This document shows, piece after piece, positions 24,501 through 36,699 of a stretch of DNA of 64,000 nucleotides. The translations under genes and the position numbers were made by a program. Under the pieces are notes generated by a model. The model was not told the origin of the DNA. It did not search any database and was given only the letters and a program-made list of their open reading frames with translations. The stretch is from Eledone cirrhosa (Eukaryota), in the NCBI GenBank assembly GCA_964016885.1, contig OZ024745.1:78988001-79052000 (forward strand). Direction: 5' to 3'. Numbering within the stretch: position 1 is the first letter of the stretch; each line of letters opens with the position of its first letter.

Positions 24501-27500
24501 GAATATGATGTTGTGGACTTAATCAAGACAAATCTGTTTGCTCCAGTTTGCATGATTGGAAAAAAACATTCCACACCTGTTTCAGCCATTAAGTTGTTAA
24601 TATGATGAGTAATTTGAAGGGATTTGTTTCCCACTGTGAGTAATAGTTGGTAAATAAATAAAAATGTATGAATATATAAATAAAAGTAAACAAATTATCA
24701 TCATCATCATCATCATTTAACATCTATTTTCCCTGTTGCAAGGATTGGACAGGTTACCACAGACCAATTTAGTACTCAAACGAAGCTACTGACCTCACAG
24801 ATGGGCCAGGATTCTATTTCACTCAATTAAGTTCCCACACTGTACTGGGTGTTCAAGCAAGCCAGGGGCCCCACATCTTGCTTACAAAAACATACGTTAC
24901 CACACTCTACTGAGTGCATTTGATCAAGGCACCCGCAATGTGGAGGTTGTCATATCTTTGACACAGCTGATGAGTCTTCCTGACCTTTTGTTTGGCAGGT
25001 TTTCTATAACTGGATGCCCTTTCTATCACCAACCACATTACAGAGTGTACTGATGTAGTGTACAAGAGAGAAAGCTATGCTGGTATGATCATGAGATGCA
25101 TATGGAAGATGAAAGCTGTATAAAGCAGTGCAAAGAAATTTCAGAAAATGGGACTTGTGAAAGAGGTAGATCTAGAAAAACATGATAAAATGGTGAAGAC
25201 CAACTTTAGGAAGCTATATCTCATGACAGAGATGACAAAGCACCACAACGATTGGTGACATGCTGGACTAGAGGAGACTCATCTACTGGTATAAACATGA
25301 TACCAGGTAAACCTAGTAACCTACCACTCCATTTCTGCTATAGAATTTTGTGGCTACTTAAGAAGCTAAAGATAGAAGAATGGCATGTAAGGGCTGTAGA
25401 GGCTATGTACAGAGGTGCAACCACCAATGTAAGAATCAGTAATGAGTAGTGACAATGTTAGTGTACTGGGTGTCCCCCAAGGCCCAGTCCTCAGCTTCCT
25501 GTCACTACAGTCCTTCAGGCAATAATAGAAGAATTCAAGACTGGTTGTCCAAGAGAGCTCCTAAGTGCGAATGATCTAGCCCCCACAGATGAAATGATAA
25601 AATAACTAGAGATAAAGTTCCAAACATGGAAGCAAAATCTGGTATAAATGAGCCTAAAAGTAAAGACCTTGCTACCATGAAGGAAACAGCCCTATTCAAT
25701 CTGTAGAAAGAGAGTGGTTAGGAATTCTATATAGTGTACCTAGTGTAGACTGTAAACATACAAGAAATGTAATGGAATCACAAGTAGGCTGGCAGGGAGG
25801 ACAGATTTCACATGTGACAGATGCACAGAATAGTCAAGAGTAAGGGTACTGATGAAATAAATCCACCAGAAGTGGTAGAAAGCTTCTATCTAGATGATCT
25901 CATTAGTAGCGGAGATGTGTGTACAAAAAATGTTGTAGTTAAAGTGAGAACAGGGTGAAAGAAATTCAGGGAACTGTTACTTCTGCTGGAAACAAAAAAT
26001 CGCTTTCAGAGTGAAAGGCAGATTATATGATGCATGTGTTCAAACTGCAGTGTTGTATGGCAGTGAGACATAGGCCTTAAATGCAACTACCAAAAATATA
26101 AGGAAGTACTTTGAGAACAATTTATTCATATTAATTAATTATTATTTGATGAAAAATATTTAATGGAAATTATATTTACCTGATGTACTAAATATAGAAA
26201 TATTTACATTAAAGAAAAAAAGATTTTTCAAATACACTTCTGTGCATTTCCATTTTTATTTTTTACCTATAACCTACAATTTGTATTGAACTTTACCCTG
26301 CCTTTTTTTAACTATATATATATACAGGGTGCGGACAATATTTGTTCGCAATTTTCAACTGCTAATTCTATGCAAATTTTTTACTTCCGTTGTCACTCTT
26401 GTCTTCATAAAAACAGTAACTATATTTCCATTATTTATTTTCAGAATAATTGATTATGAATAATTTTGAACCTCCAAATTTGTGGAAGAGACACGGAGAT
26501 CTTCTTGGAATCTGCGCCGGGAGGACAAATAAGACCAGAAGATCAACTCTCAGAACAACAGGTGGCTCGCTGTCTCATCCAAAGACGTGCCAAGAGTCAT
26601 GCAGACAAAGTTTCCAGCGACAACATTGGTCTTAGGTGTCATCAGCAGTCAAGGTGACGTCATGCCACCTCACTTCTTTCCTGAGGGCCTAAAGCTGAAC
26701 ACCGATGGCTACATCCGCGTTCTGAGCGAGATAGTAAAGCCCTGGATCGACCAGATAGCTGCAGGTAGGCCGTACGTGTAGCAACAAAACTCAGCGCCCT
26801 GCCATACCAGCCGAAAGAGCCAAGCTTGGCTGTCAGAGAACTTCGTCGACCACACTTCACCTGACATCTGGCCTCCCAGCTCGCCTGACTGCAACTCCCT
26901 TGACTTCTTTGTGTGGGGCGCAGTGGAACGAGACACCAACAGATCTAGCTGCAATATGAAAGACGATCTGAAGGCCAGAATCATAAGTGCCTTTAGGGGC
27001 CTAAGTTGGGTGACAGTGACGAAGGGCTGTAGCCGGTTCCGAGGCCGCCTTGAGGCCGTCATCAAAGCCAATGGCGGGTTTATCGAGAGATCGAAAGAAC
27101 AAGTCATGAAGACAAACTGACCCAAGTTTGATAAATATATCTTAAAAAATAAAACTAGTGTTATTTTTTCCTAGACAGTAATCTTGCGAACAAATGTCGT
27201 CCGCACCCTGTATATATAGTTCTCTTGAGTAATGGTCTAATCAGTTTAAAACTGAATCCATTCTGATTTATATGTGTGTGTGTGTGGGGGGGGGGGGGGG
27301 GGGGGGCTAGGAAGACTTAGTTGAGGTGATAAAAGCTGACCTTGCACAATTGCACCTCTCAAAGGTGATGACACAAGATCAACATCTCTGGCGTTATGCA
27401 GTAATACAGAAGACCCACCTCCCCATGTGCACGGATTGAAGCATACATCTAATATGCACCACTTTCCCCTACCTTCTCCATCTTTTCCATCTACCTCCTA

Positions 27501-30500
27501 CATTCTAACACCCGACACTTCACCAGATAAGTGCCCCACCCTAAATCCACCTCTCCAATCCCCATGCACCCCACCCCAGCCCCAGCCCACACTGTAAAGA
27601 GATCGTGTAAGTGTCACAACAAAAAGCACCTAATCCACACTGTGAAGTGGTCATGTTGATGATATGACAAAAAACACCTAGTCCATACTGTAAAGTGGTG
27701 GTTTTGGTGCCACGATAAAAATCACCCAGTCCACACTAAATGTAGTTGGAATTTAGAAGGGCATCATCATCATCATCATCATTTTACGTCCGCTTTTCCC
27801 TGCTTGCAAGTGTGGGACGGGTCTTATTCAGCACAGCATCTCTCCACTCGTCACGGTCCCTCGTCATCTCCACCGTGAGCTTCAATGATCTGAGGTCTGT
27901 TCTCACCACCTCCGCCCATGTTTTTCGTGGTCTACCTCTACCACGTCTTCCTTCAACTGGCATTTCCTGGCACTTCTTCACCCATCGGTCATCCTCCATG
28001 CGCATCACATGTCCATACCACCTCAGTCTCCTCTCCCGTACACTACATTCTATCCCTCTCAGACACAGTTTCTCTCTCAACACATTTATGCTGGGTCGTT
28101 CACGCACATTTACACTGCACATCCAACGGAGCATGCTTGCCTCATTTCTCTCCAGCCGTCGCATATCCTCTGCGGTTGCTGCCCATGTCTCACTACCATG
28201 CAGCATCGCGCTCCTCACACAGGCATCATACAACCGGCCTTTCGTACGCAGGGAGAAACCCTTCTTCGTCAACAGAGGAAGCAGCTCCCTAAACTTCTTC
28301 CAACCCGTCCTTATTCTAGATACTATGGCTTCGGAACACCCTCCTCCCATGCTAATCTGATCTCCTAGGTACCGGAAGCTATCCACCACTTCTATAGCGC
28401 CCTCTCGCATTTGAAAAATGTGTCTATCAGTGCGACTTCTACTGTCTAATTTCCCTGTACATCTACTGCATACATATTTCTCCCTACCTGTTAGTTTGCC
28501 TGCTATCCCGCTACATCTCTTGTGTACCCAGGACCTGCATTGTGTGCATTTTATAGAATTTATACCAGTTCCTTTTCTGCATATCGAACATGGCCATTTC
28601 CCTGACGTATTAACGAAGCCAGAATCAGTTCTGTATGAGCAAGACATGATCGTCTGATCTGGCTTCTCACACAACAAGACAATTTGTCTAAGCCATGCTA
28701 GCGTGGAAAAACGGACGTTAAACAATGATGATGATGATATATATACATACACATAAAACTACAAACAGATTAGGATGCCCAATATGGCCAAAACCCAGAA
28801 AAAGATAATATATATCTGCACCTGTTTGGCTCCATTGGTTCTCCCTTCTGGTGATTGATAGTGTGCATCTGTTCAACATCTGGTGCAAACATGGACACAC
28901 AGGCTTGATTACGACTCAAGTGCACCAATACACTGCAATGTAAAAATTGGAGTTATATTAATTTTAAACATGAGATTTAACTATAAATGGCATCTTTCAA
29001 AAATGCAAGAGCTCAGATATATATATGTAAAAGTAACAATGAAATGAAACCACTGATATTTATATTGGTTTCACCGAAGATATTAGCTAAATACATGAAA
29101 TAATTACAATCGTAAAATGAAACTAGCTTATGACCTTGGCATGTCTGAGGCATACTTAATATTTTTGTGGGGTTCTTTGAATATAAGATTTGATATGAAG
29201 GCATAAATTTTCACATATAGAGAGGAGGCAAGATTGTTTCAACATTCTAGCCTTTCTTAAGGGCAATGGTAACGCAAGTGAAGTCTAATGGTAGCCACAA
29301 GGATTTGAACATGAAATGTATTGCTAACATTACTCTGCAGTGCTTGGCTACTAGAAAGTACTTAGGAAAATTAATCCTTTTCTCGTTTTTTTTTACACTC
29401 ATTTTTTATCATGTTTTTCGTGTGACATCCATAACAAACAAATGGTATTGGAATATCATCATCATCATCATCATCATCGTTTAACGTCCGTGTTCCACGC
29501 TTGCATGGGTTTGGACGGGGGTTTTCCCACTTGAGGCAAGAGTGATTGTCTTGCTCGCATAGGACTGTCTGGCGGGTTTTCTACAGCTGGATGCCCTTCC
29601 TAACACCAACCACATTTAAGTTAAAGCAAACATATCAGTAATATACCCCCCCACCCCCCCCCCAAAAAAAACCCACATAGAATCTGACAAGCAATTGAAA
29701 GGATCTCAACAGTCATCTAATTTACTAAAAATAGCAGCCAAATCTCCCTAGCACCTTTAACCCTTTAGCATTTAAACCGACCGTATCCAACCAGAATTCC
29801 CTCACCTCTTTCAGTTCAAACTGGCTGTAACTAGCCACTCATACTGATGTTAAAATAAATAACATCAAAATCTCATAGATTCAATATTATATGGGGTAAA
29901 GACTTTATCACAAAAATACAATAGTATATATAGAGTATTGTAAATGCTAAAGGCATGCTTGAGGACTCTTCCACTACAGCCTTCTTAGGAATATGTGGCT
30001 GAAAAAGGAGTTATAACCATCATTATGAACAACAACAACAGTCCACTAATCTTTAAAATAATTGTTTCTACTTTTGGCACAGGGCCAGCAATTACCCAGT
30101 ACATTACTGGTACTTTATTTTACCGACCCCGTAAGGATGAAAGGCAAAGTTAACCTTGGCGGGATTTGAACTCAGATCGTAAAGGGACGTAACTCTTTGC
30201 GTCAAAGCATGGCGTCCGACCCTCTAAAATAATGAAACATTCAAATGCTATGCTTTCAACAACTTCAACTAGGGAGTGAAACTTAAGATATTGTCAAACT
30301 CTTTAAAATAATACAAATTCAAGAGTTTCACTTTAAAGACATAACCAGTGCTATGAAAATCTATCAATTTATGCAGCAAAATAGATATAGAAACATTTGT
30401 AAAACATGGAATTTCCATGGGTCTTACTAGTTATTATTATTATAATTGTTTTTATCATTATTTATTATTAACTACTTACGCAGAAGCCTCGTGGATTTCA

Positions 30501-30532
30501 CTGCCATCATAAACACCGCAGCCTGAAAGAAC
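12448..30532 (-). CDS. GATD3A: ES1 protein homologue / glutamine amidotransferase-like class 1 domain-containing protein 3 (mitochondrial, DJ-1/PfpI superfamily); spliced and 5'-incomplete. Exons 30532-30480, 28932-28822, 23800-23681, 20760-20668, 19855-19702, 12573-12448
   Basis: The six exons join in frame (657 nt, 218 aa + stop): [25 protein letters not shown]...MFAPD...[13 protein letters not shown]...[11 protein letters not shown]...[15 protein letters not shown]...WPYA...[29 protein letters not shown]. All are hallmark ES1/ElbB motifs. Confidence 0.95.
13717..14053 (+). mobile_element. Solo LTR (337 bp) with 4-bp TSD, inserted in an old SINE
   Basis: aatg|TGTAGCG...CGCTATA|aatg; internal TATAAAA near 13811; the flanks rejoin to a decayed copy of the ttttattga.c...gaa.atg.aagg...atttgaact SINE. 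Confidence 0.75.
14091..14696 (-). mobile_element. Degenerate RTE-clade LINE of a different family (C-terminal region)
   Basis: [59 protein letters not shown]. Confidence 0.7.
14701..14896. mobile_element. piggyBac-type MITE
   Basis: TTAA|CCCTTTAG...CTAAAGGG|TTAA; a second copy is at 29761. Confidence 0.85.
15260..17290 (+). mobile_element. RTE LINE (RT to 3' UTR), decayed
   Basis: [29 protein letters not shown]-like Cys/His, [11 protein letters not shown]; 3' UTR has about 49-bp tandem repeats (aaagcacccagcccacactgtaaagtggtcg). Confidence 0.9.
17700..17885 (+). mobile_element. 3' fragment of the CRE-like family seen at 7333-8835
   Basis: Matches the reverse complement of 7430-7580 ([27 protein letters not shown]). 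Confidence 0.8.
18265..19650 (+). mobile_element. RTE LINE, internally deleted, with (GAT)n tail
   Basis: ORFs 18285-18755 ([28 protein letters not shown]) and 19013-19351; tail cggacgtaaaacggtgatgatgat. Confidence 0.92.
19702..19855 (-). CDS. GATD3A: GATD3A exon ([11 protein letters not shown]...WPYA...KEVT)
   Basis: AG acceptor, U12 ATATCCTT donor; contains the GLCCIAP nucleophile-elbow motif. Confidence 0.95.
20668..20760 (-). CDS. GATD3A: GATD3A exon ([31 protein letters not shown])
   Basis: ttcag|...|gtaagt; phases match the neighbouring exons. Confidence 0.95.
21430..23250 (+). mobile_element. RTE LINE 3' half with 3' UTR, decayed
   Basis: [27 protein letters not shown], (GAT)n tail near 23260-23310. 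Confidence 0.88.
23681..23800 (-). CDS. GATD3A: GATD3A exon ([12 protein letters not shown]...[11 protein letters not shown])
   Basis: ttccag|...|gtaagt; conserved ES1 motifs. Confidence 0.96.
24698..26090. mobile_element. Cluster of RTE tail (-) and decayed RTE coding (+) fragments
   Basis: (CAT)n + tail motif at 24700-25050; [29 protein letters not shown] at 25340-26090. Confidence 0.75.
26325..27210 (+). mobile_element. Tc1/mariner DD37D (maT-type) deletion derivative
   Basis: TA|CAGGGTGCGGAC...GTCCGCACCCTG|TA termini; QQ(D/N)SAPCHT...[13 protein letters not shown] with 37 residues between the 2nd and 3rd catalytic positions; most of the N-terminus is deleted. Confidence 0.92.
27305..27762 (+). 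mobile_element. RTE 3' end and UTR fragment
   Basis: [17 protein letters not shown].. followed by the UTR tandem repeats. Confidence 0.8.
27763..28606 (-). mobile_element. Relatively intact RTE 3' fragment (second subfamily, ORF reaching the tail)
   Basis: Open [12 protein letters not shown]...LHGSETW...[10 protein letters not shown]...EKRT* followed directly by (GAT)n. Confidence 0.92.
28822..28932 (-). CDS. GATD3A: GATD3A exon ([37 protein letters not shown])
   Basis: ttgcag|...|gtgcag; in frame with neighbours. Confidence 0.95.
29455..29620 (-). mobile_element. RTE 3' tail fragment
   Basis: (CAT)n-cgtttaacgtccgtgttccacgcttgcatggg, near-identical to 48731 and 51412. Confidence 0.85.
29761..29953. 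mobile_element. piggyBac-type MITE, second copy
   Basis: TTAA|CCCTTTAGCATTTA...TAAATGCTAAAGG; collinear with 14701-14896. Confidence 0.8.
30063..30224 (-). mobile_element. tRNA-derived SINE (Meta-like central domain), 5' truncated, with TSD
   Basis: B-box gagttcaaatcc, gcctttcatccttacggggtcg core; flanking direct repeat taaaataat. Confidence 0.8.
30480..30532 (-). CDS. GATD3A: GATD3A exon ([18 protein letters not shown])
   Basis: ttcttcag|...|gtaagt; signature N-terminal ES1 motif. Confidence 0.96.
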
Positions 30533-31065
30533 CTGAAGAATGAAACAGTTATTAGTATAAAAAAACAAAGAAAATCAAAGTTATATATATATATATATTT
30601 TTTTAATATTTATATCTGTAAGCCAAAGTGTAATATATACATAATACTGTATTTCTTAATGTAAAATATGTTTCTAAAGAAAAAAAAATGGAAATAAACT
30701 AATCTTGTGTATAATACCAGTCTATATAAAGTTTTTTGAAGCGTGTACCATGAGAGACCTTATGTAGCCCCTTTATGAATTTATGATTCCCAAATAACAA
30801 ATATTGATGATATATCAAATACCATTTGTAAATAACTGTTATCAATAATCTTGCCACTTGGAATGAGTATTTTTAAGTTCAGTAAAAATTTCTGAAAACA
30901 TGTACTTTTAAAATACAACTCACCCTAACATAACTCACTCTACTACATGTGTCATACACACACACAAACAATATCATACTTGTCATCTTTTCTTGTATAA
31001 TATATATGCATCTTCAGCTATCTCTTTACATCAGTTTGCCAAACACTGAACACACACCACCACCA

Positions 31066-31473
31066 CCATCATCATCATATGTCCGTTTTTCCCTGCTTGC
31101 AAGAGTTGGACGGGTCTTATTCAGCATCTCTCCACTTGTCACGGTCCTTCGTCATCTCCTCGGCGAGTTTCAGCGATCTGAGGTCTGCTCTCACCACCTC
31201 CGCCCATGTGGTTTACCTCTACTGTGTCTTCCTTCTACTGGGGTTTCTTGGCACTTCTTTCCCCAGCGGTCATCCTCCATGCACATCACATGTCCATACC
31301 ATCTGAGCCTTCTCTCCTGCACACCACAACTTATCCCTCTTATACCCAGTTTCGTTGTCAATTCGTCTATGTTTGGTCGTTCACGAACATTGGCATTGCA
31401 CATCCAAAGGAGCATACTCGCTTCATTTCTCTCCAACCGTCGCATATCTTTTGCAGTTGCTGCCCATGTCTCA
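31066..31473 (-). mobile_element. RTE 3' fragment (second subfamily)
   Basis: [19 protein letters not shown]...ERRLRWYGH; similar to 27780-28190. Confidence 0.9.
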
Positions 31474-31592
31474 CATATATACACACACACACATATACAC
31501 ATACATACATATTTATATATATATACACACACAGACATACACACATGCATATATATATACACACATACACACACACACATATATATATATAT

Positions 31593-31625
<33 letters not shown>

Positions 31626-31627
31626 CG

Positions 31628-31682
<55 letters not shown>

Positions 31683-31700
31683 ATATATATATATACACAT

Positions 31701-31738
<38 letters not shown>

Positions 31739-32120
31739 GTGTGTGTATATATATACACATATATACATATATATACACATATATACATATATATATATAC
31801 ACACACATATATATATATACATATATACACACGCGCACACACACACACATATATACACACACATATACATACACACACATATATACACACACATATATAT
31901 ATATACATATATACATATACACACACACATATATATATACATACATATATATATACATATACACACACATATATATACATACATATACATATATATATAC
32001 ATACATATATACATATACATATACATATACACACATATATACATATACATATACACACACATATATATATATACATACATATATATACACATACACATAC
32101 ACACACATATATATACATAC

Positions 32121-32151
<31 letters not shown>

Positions 32152-32370
32152 CACACACACATACACATATATACACACACACATACACATATATACACAC
32201 ACACATACACATATATACACACACACACACACATACACACATATACATATACACATGCACACATATATATACATATACATATATATATATATTTATACAC
32301 ACATACACATATACACACACCCACACACATATACACACCCACACACACACATACATATATACACACACAC

Positions 32371-32415
<45 letters not shown>
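31474..32415. repeat. About 940-bp compound (TA)/(CA) microsatellite
   Basis: Direct inspection; source of the spurious YI/HT/VC ORFs. Confidence 0.97.
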
Positions 32416-32417
<2 letters not shown>

Positions 32418-33047
32418 GGGTGCGGACGACATATGTTCGCATGAATACTGTCTAAGAAAAAATAACACAGTACTTTTATTTTTTTAAGATATATTTATCA
32501 AACTTGAGTCAGTTTGTCTTCATGACTTGTTCTTTCGACCTCACTCGATAAACCCGCCATTGGCTTTGATGACGGGTGCTGAGTCTTGGTGCCACACGTA
32601 CGGCCTACCTGCAGCTACTTGGTCGATCCAGGGCTTTACTATCTCGCTCAGAACACGGATGTAGCCATCGGTGTTCAGCTTGAGGCCCTCAGGGAAGAAG
32701 TAAGGTGGCATGACGTCACCTTGACTGCCGACGACACCTAAGACCAATGTTGTCGCTGGAAACTTTGTCTGCATGACTCTAGGCACGTCTTTGGATGAGA
32801 CAGCGAGCCACCTGTTCTTCTGGGAGTTGATCTTCTGGTCCTTATTTGTCCTCCCGGCGCGGATCCCAAGAAGAACTCCATGTGTCTTCCACAAATTTGG
32901 AGGTTCAAAATTATTCATAATCAATTATTCTGAAAATAAATAATGGAAATATAGTCACTGTTTTTATGAAAACAAGAGTGACAACGGAAGTAAAAAAATT
33001 TGCTTAAAATTAGCAGTTGAAAATTGCGAACTAATATTGTCCACACC

Positions 33048-33050
<3 letters not shown>
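32416..33050 (-). mobile_element. DD37D mariner deletion derivative, second copy, inverted relative to 26325
   Basis: Same TIRs and TA flanks; same first deletion plus an extra deletion joining QDSAP to VIKANGG. Confidence 0.92.
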
Positions 33051-33095
<45 letters not shown>

Positions 33096-33234
33096 CAGGA
33101 AAGAAGGTTGACATGGTTTGCTATACAAAAAAGGTTTTTAATCTCATAGCTGACAATTGTTTCTCTGAACTGGTAGGTCTAGAGATCGCTATTCGCTTAT
33201 TTTCACGTTACTCCGTATATATATATATATATAC

Positions 33235-35128
33235 ATGGAGAGGTGCCTCTGCGAGACTAATCGCAGGCAAACATCTTAGTTATAAGCTTTCTGGGTAGGT
33301 AAGGATGATGGGTTGGGAGAAGTAGGCATTTTCCTGGCTGAGAGATGGATCATTAAGACAATAGAGGTAGTTCGAGTTAGTAATCGAATAATTAAGCTTA
33401 GATTAGTTGTAGGCAGGAGACTACTGACAATCATCTCTGCCTATGCTCCCCAGGCAGGCCTAGGCAAAGATGAGAAAGACTGCTTTTACGAGCAACTTTT
33501 ACAAACAACCGCAATGACAGAGGACGGAGACATCGTTATGCTAGCAGGGGTCTTCAATGGTCATGTTGGACAGCTCCAGGGTGGTTACACTGGAGTACAT
33601 GGTGGGCATGGTTACGGCTCAAGAAATGAAGGAGTGAGACTTCTTGAATTCTGTGATGCAAGTGCACTAACCATTTGCAACACTAGCTTCCAGAAACCTA
33701 CCAACCACCTAATAACCTACAAATCAGGCGAGCACATAAGCCAGATTGACTTCTTACTAGTTAGGCAGCGGGACAGGCAGATGGTGTCAAATACCAAGGT
33801 ATACCCTGGGGAAGAATGTACCCCACAGCATAGGTTAGTCATTAGTGATATCTCAGTAAGCAAGAGATGGAATGAGACATACAGGAAGGTGTGGAGAGGA
33901 AAGGTCTGGAAGCTAAAAGACCTTTCACTAAAATTCAAATTTAGGCAAGCCCTTCAAGATGTGTATGACATAGATGATAACTAGAATTTCTTACATGACA
34001 ACTTACTGCAGGCTACTACAGAAATTCAACCAGACAGAGAGTGACCTGGTGGTGGAACAGCACGGTAGATAAGGCCATTAGAGACGAAAGACTAGCATGG
34101 AATGCTTGGAAAAAAGGTGGGAGTAGAGAAGGATATACAGCCGCTAAGAGGGAAGCTAGACATCAGGTGTACTTAGCACGCACGGAGGCTGGGAGTAGGA
34201 GGTTTGCCAATGTTCTGCGACGGGAAGATCAGAGACATGCGGTGTTCTACATTGCAAGGCAGTGTGTCAATGCAAATCAGGATGTTGTTGGAGATAAATG
34301 TGTCTGGAATGATGCCGGTGTACTTTGTGTCACGAATGATCAGAAAAAGGAGGCCTGGAAATGTCACTATGAGAGACTGATGAATGTGGGGAACGAATGG
34401 GAGAGAGAGAAATTACCCTTGGTAGATCCGACAGAGGGACCAGCTATTGAGATTGACGAATATAGGATCCAAGAGGCGATTAAGGAAATGGAAAATGGTA
34501 AGGCCGCTGGACCGTTGGGGATAGTTGCTGAGATGCTGAAGGCATCAGGGGATGTAGGCATTAAACTGGTTACACGCATCATCAATCAGGCTATATATGC
34601 TGGTGTCATACCCAAAGACTGGTGCAGCAGTATACTCATAAACTGCTACAAAGGTAAAGGGGATGCTCTGGAGAGGAGCAATTATAGGGGTATAAAACTG
34701 ATGGATCAGGTTATGAAAGCGGCAGAAAGGATATTAGTGCAACTAATTAGAGAAAGAGTCAAACTATGCAGTTTGGTTTTGTGCCTGGGAAGGGTACAAC
34801 AGATGCCTTCTTGTTAGTGAGACAATTACAAGAGAGGTTCTTAGAGAAGAATAAGCCACTATACTTAGCTTTTGTTGACCTAGAGAAGGCTTTTGATAGG
34901 GTACCCCGATCTGTCATCTGGTGGTCCCTAAGGAAACTAGGTTTTGAGGAAAGGCTTGTGAGGACAGTGCAAACTTTGTACAGAAGTGCTGTCAGTAAAG
35001 TGAGGGTAGGAATGGAGGTTAATGAAGAATTCCAGATACAAGTAGGAGTACATCAGGGTTCGGTCATCAGCCCGCTCTTGTTCATTATAGCTCTCCAAGC
35101 CATAATAGAGGAGTTTAAGACTGGCTGA
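33235..35128 (+). mobile_element. RTE LINE 5' half (APE endonuclease + RT N-terminus)
   Basis: WRG, SAYAPQ, FNGHVG, QIDFLL, QHRLV, CYKGKGD, QFGF, DLEKAFD, GVHQG. Confidence 0.92.
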
Positions 35129-36284
35129 TTAAGAGATGATTGTCAGTAGTCTCTTGCCTACAACTAATCTAAGCTTAATTATTCGATTACTAACTCAAAC
35201 TACCTCTATTGTCTTATTGATCCATCTAACATTATTGATCCATCATTAACATTATTGTGGGCAGTGTTATCGAATACAGCCAGGTAGAAATATTACACGT
35301 GTTGTCAGAATTGTGCTTTTCTCTCCTGAATAAGAAGGCCAGTTTAGTGTAAATAATCTGTATGAAATCACCTTACATCATGATTTCAACCTTCACATAA
35401 ACACCTCAGTCACAGATAATGAATGACTCATATTTTCCTAGTCCAACAATGCTTCACTCTACCTTTTTCTCCACCCCTAGCCAGTAATGCTTTTCACCAC
35501 AAATACGTGTAGTTATACATGTTTCATTATGTATGTGTGTTTATAGATAGATAGATATTATCATTTCATTTTGTCATCACAGACCAAGTTAGTAAGTACT
35601 CAAACAGGCTGGGTGCCTACATCTCACTTATGTTCCCGCACTGTACTGTGTGCTCAGATAGATCAGGGCACCACATCTTTGACACAGATGAAAAGTTCTC
35701 CTGATACTTTGCCGATTTCTCTACACCTGAAATCCTTTCCTATCACTAAGCATTTATTTGCCATGTCTTTGACACAATTTAAGAATCTTCCTAACCCTTT
35801 TTATTGGTGGTCTTATCTCACTAGTCACTAATTTGGTACTTTTCTCAAACCCATGAATAGACTTTTTAGAGGTGGCCTTTACTCTTTTACTCGTCTCGTT
35901 GCAGCTGCATCACAGGGTTGTAAGAGTTTTCGTGGGAGCTAACAGTGACCCTCATTGCTCTGTCTGCCCTAGTCATTTACTGCGGTTTGTTAGGGGTTGC
36001 TTATTCGTCCAGCAGGAGCCTGCTTATATTTGCTAATCATCATATCTGGTGGCTATATTGTTATCTGCCACTTGAAACCCCTTTTCTAGCAGAACAGCTC
36101 TGCCAAGAACAGTTTGCATTGGTAATGAAATTTTCATCCTTGCAAAGAAAATATACCTAATGCTACAAGTACATGTAAACATATTTTCATGTTAAAAACA
36201 CGTGTATTACGAAAAAAAAAAATAGTATCCTCACTAAAACAAAGTTTATTCTTTGGTTGACCTGGACGGCAAATACCGCTTTCC

Positions 36285-36600
36285 CCTTTTTACCACCACA
36301 AGACCTGATCTCATCTTATGATGCAAAGAAAGGAAAGTGGTGGAACTTGTTGTCTCTTGGGGGGTGAACATTGATGATGAATTCAACAAGAAGGCCAAAA
36401 AGTACAGTGAGCTGGATGAACTCTATAAAACCAGTATATGGGAGGCATTATGTTTCCCTTTACAGATAAATGTCAGAGGATTTACTTGCTGCTCTGCGGC
36501 CTTGCACTGGCAGCAAATGAAAGAAAACACTTTTCGAGGACATTATCAGAGGCAACTGAGAAAGCAAGTCACATCTGGCTACAAAAAAAGATGAATGGTG
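36285..36600 (+). mobile_element. Hero/NeSL-like RLE endonuclease remnant
   Basis: TTRPDLIL..VVEL.VSW....K.KKYSEL...CFPLQINVRGF...SEATEKASHIWL. Confidence 0.65.
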
Positions 36601-36699
36601 CATTTGACACATTGAGATGGATGGAGATGTCTCACTTGGAAACACAAAACCAGACACATTGAATTTTATACTATTCTGATATATACATACACAAACAAA

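Noticed and set aside
27746-28360. 204-aa ORF and similar antisense ORFs over RTE copies (e.g. 16296-16763, 52415-52816)
   Set aside because: Shadow frames antisense to RTE ORF2 with no independent motifs.
30949-32487. Long ORFs (255-512 aa) on both strands
   Set aside because: Translations of a stop-free (TA)/(CA) microsatellite plus RTE sequence; not genes. The same applies to the YI-rich ORFs at 43877-44878, 48462-48808 and 63492-63833.
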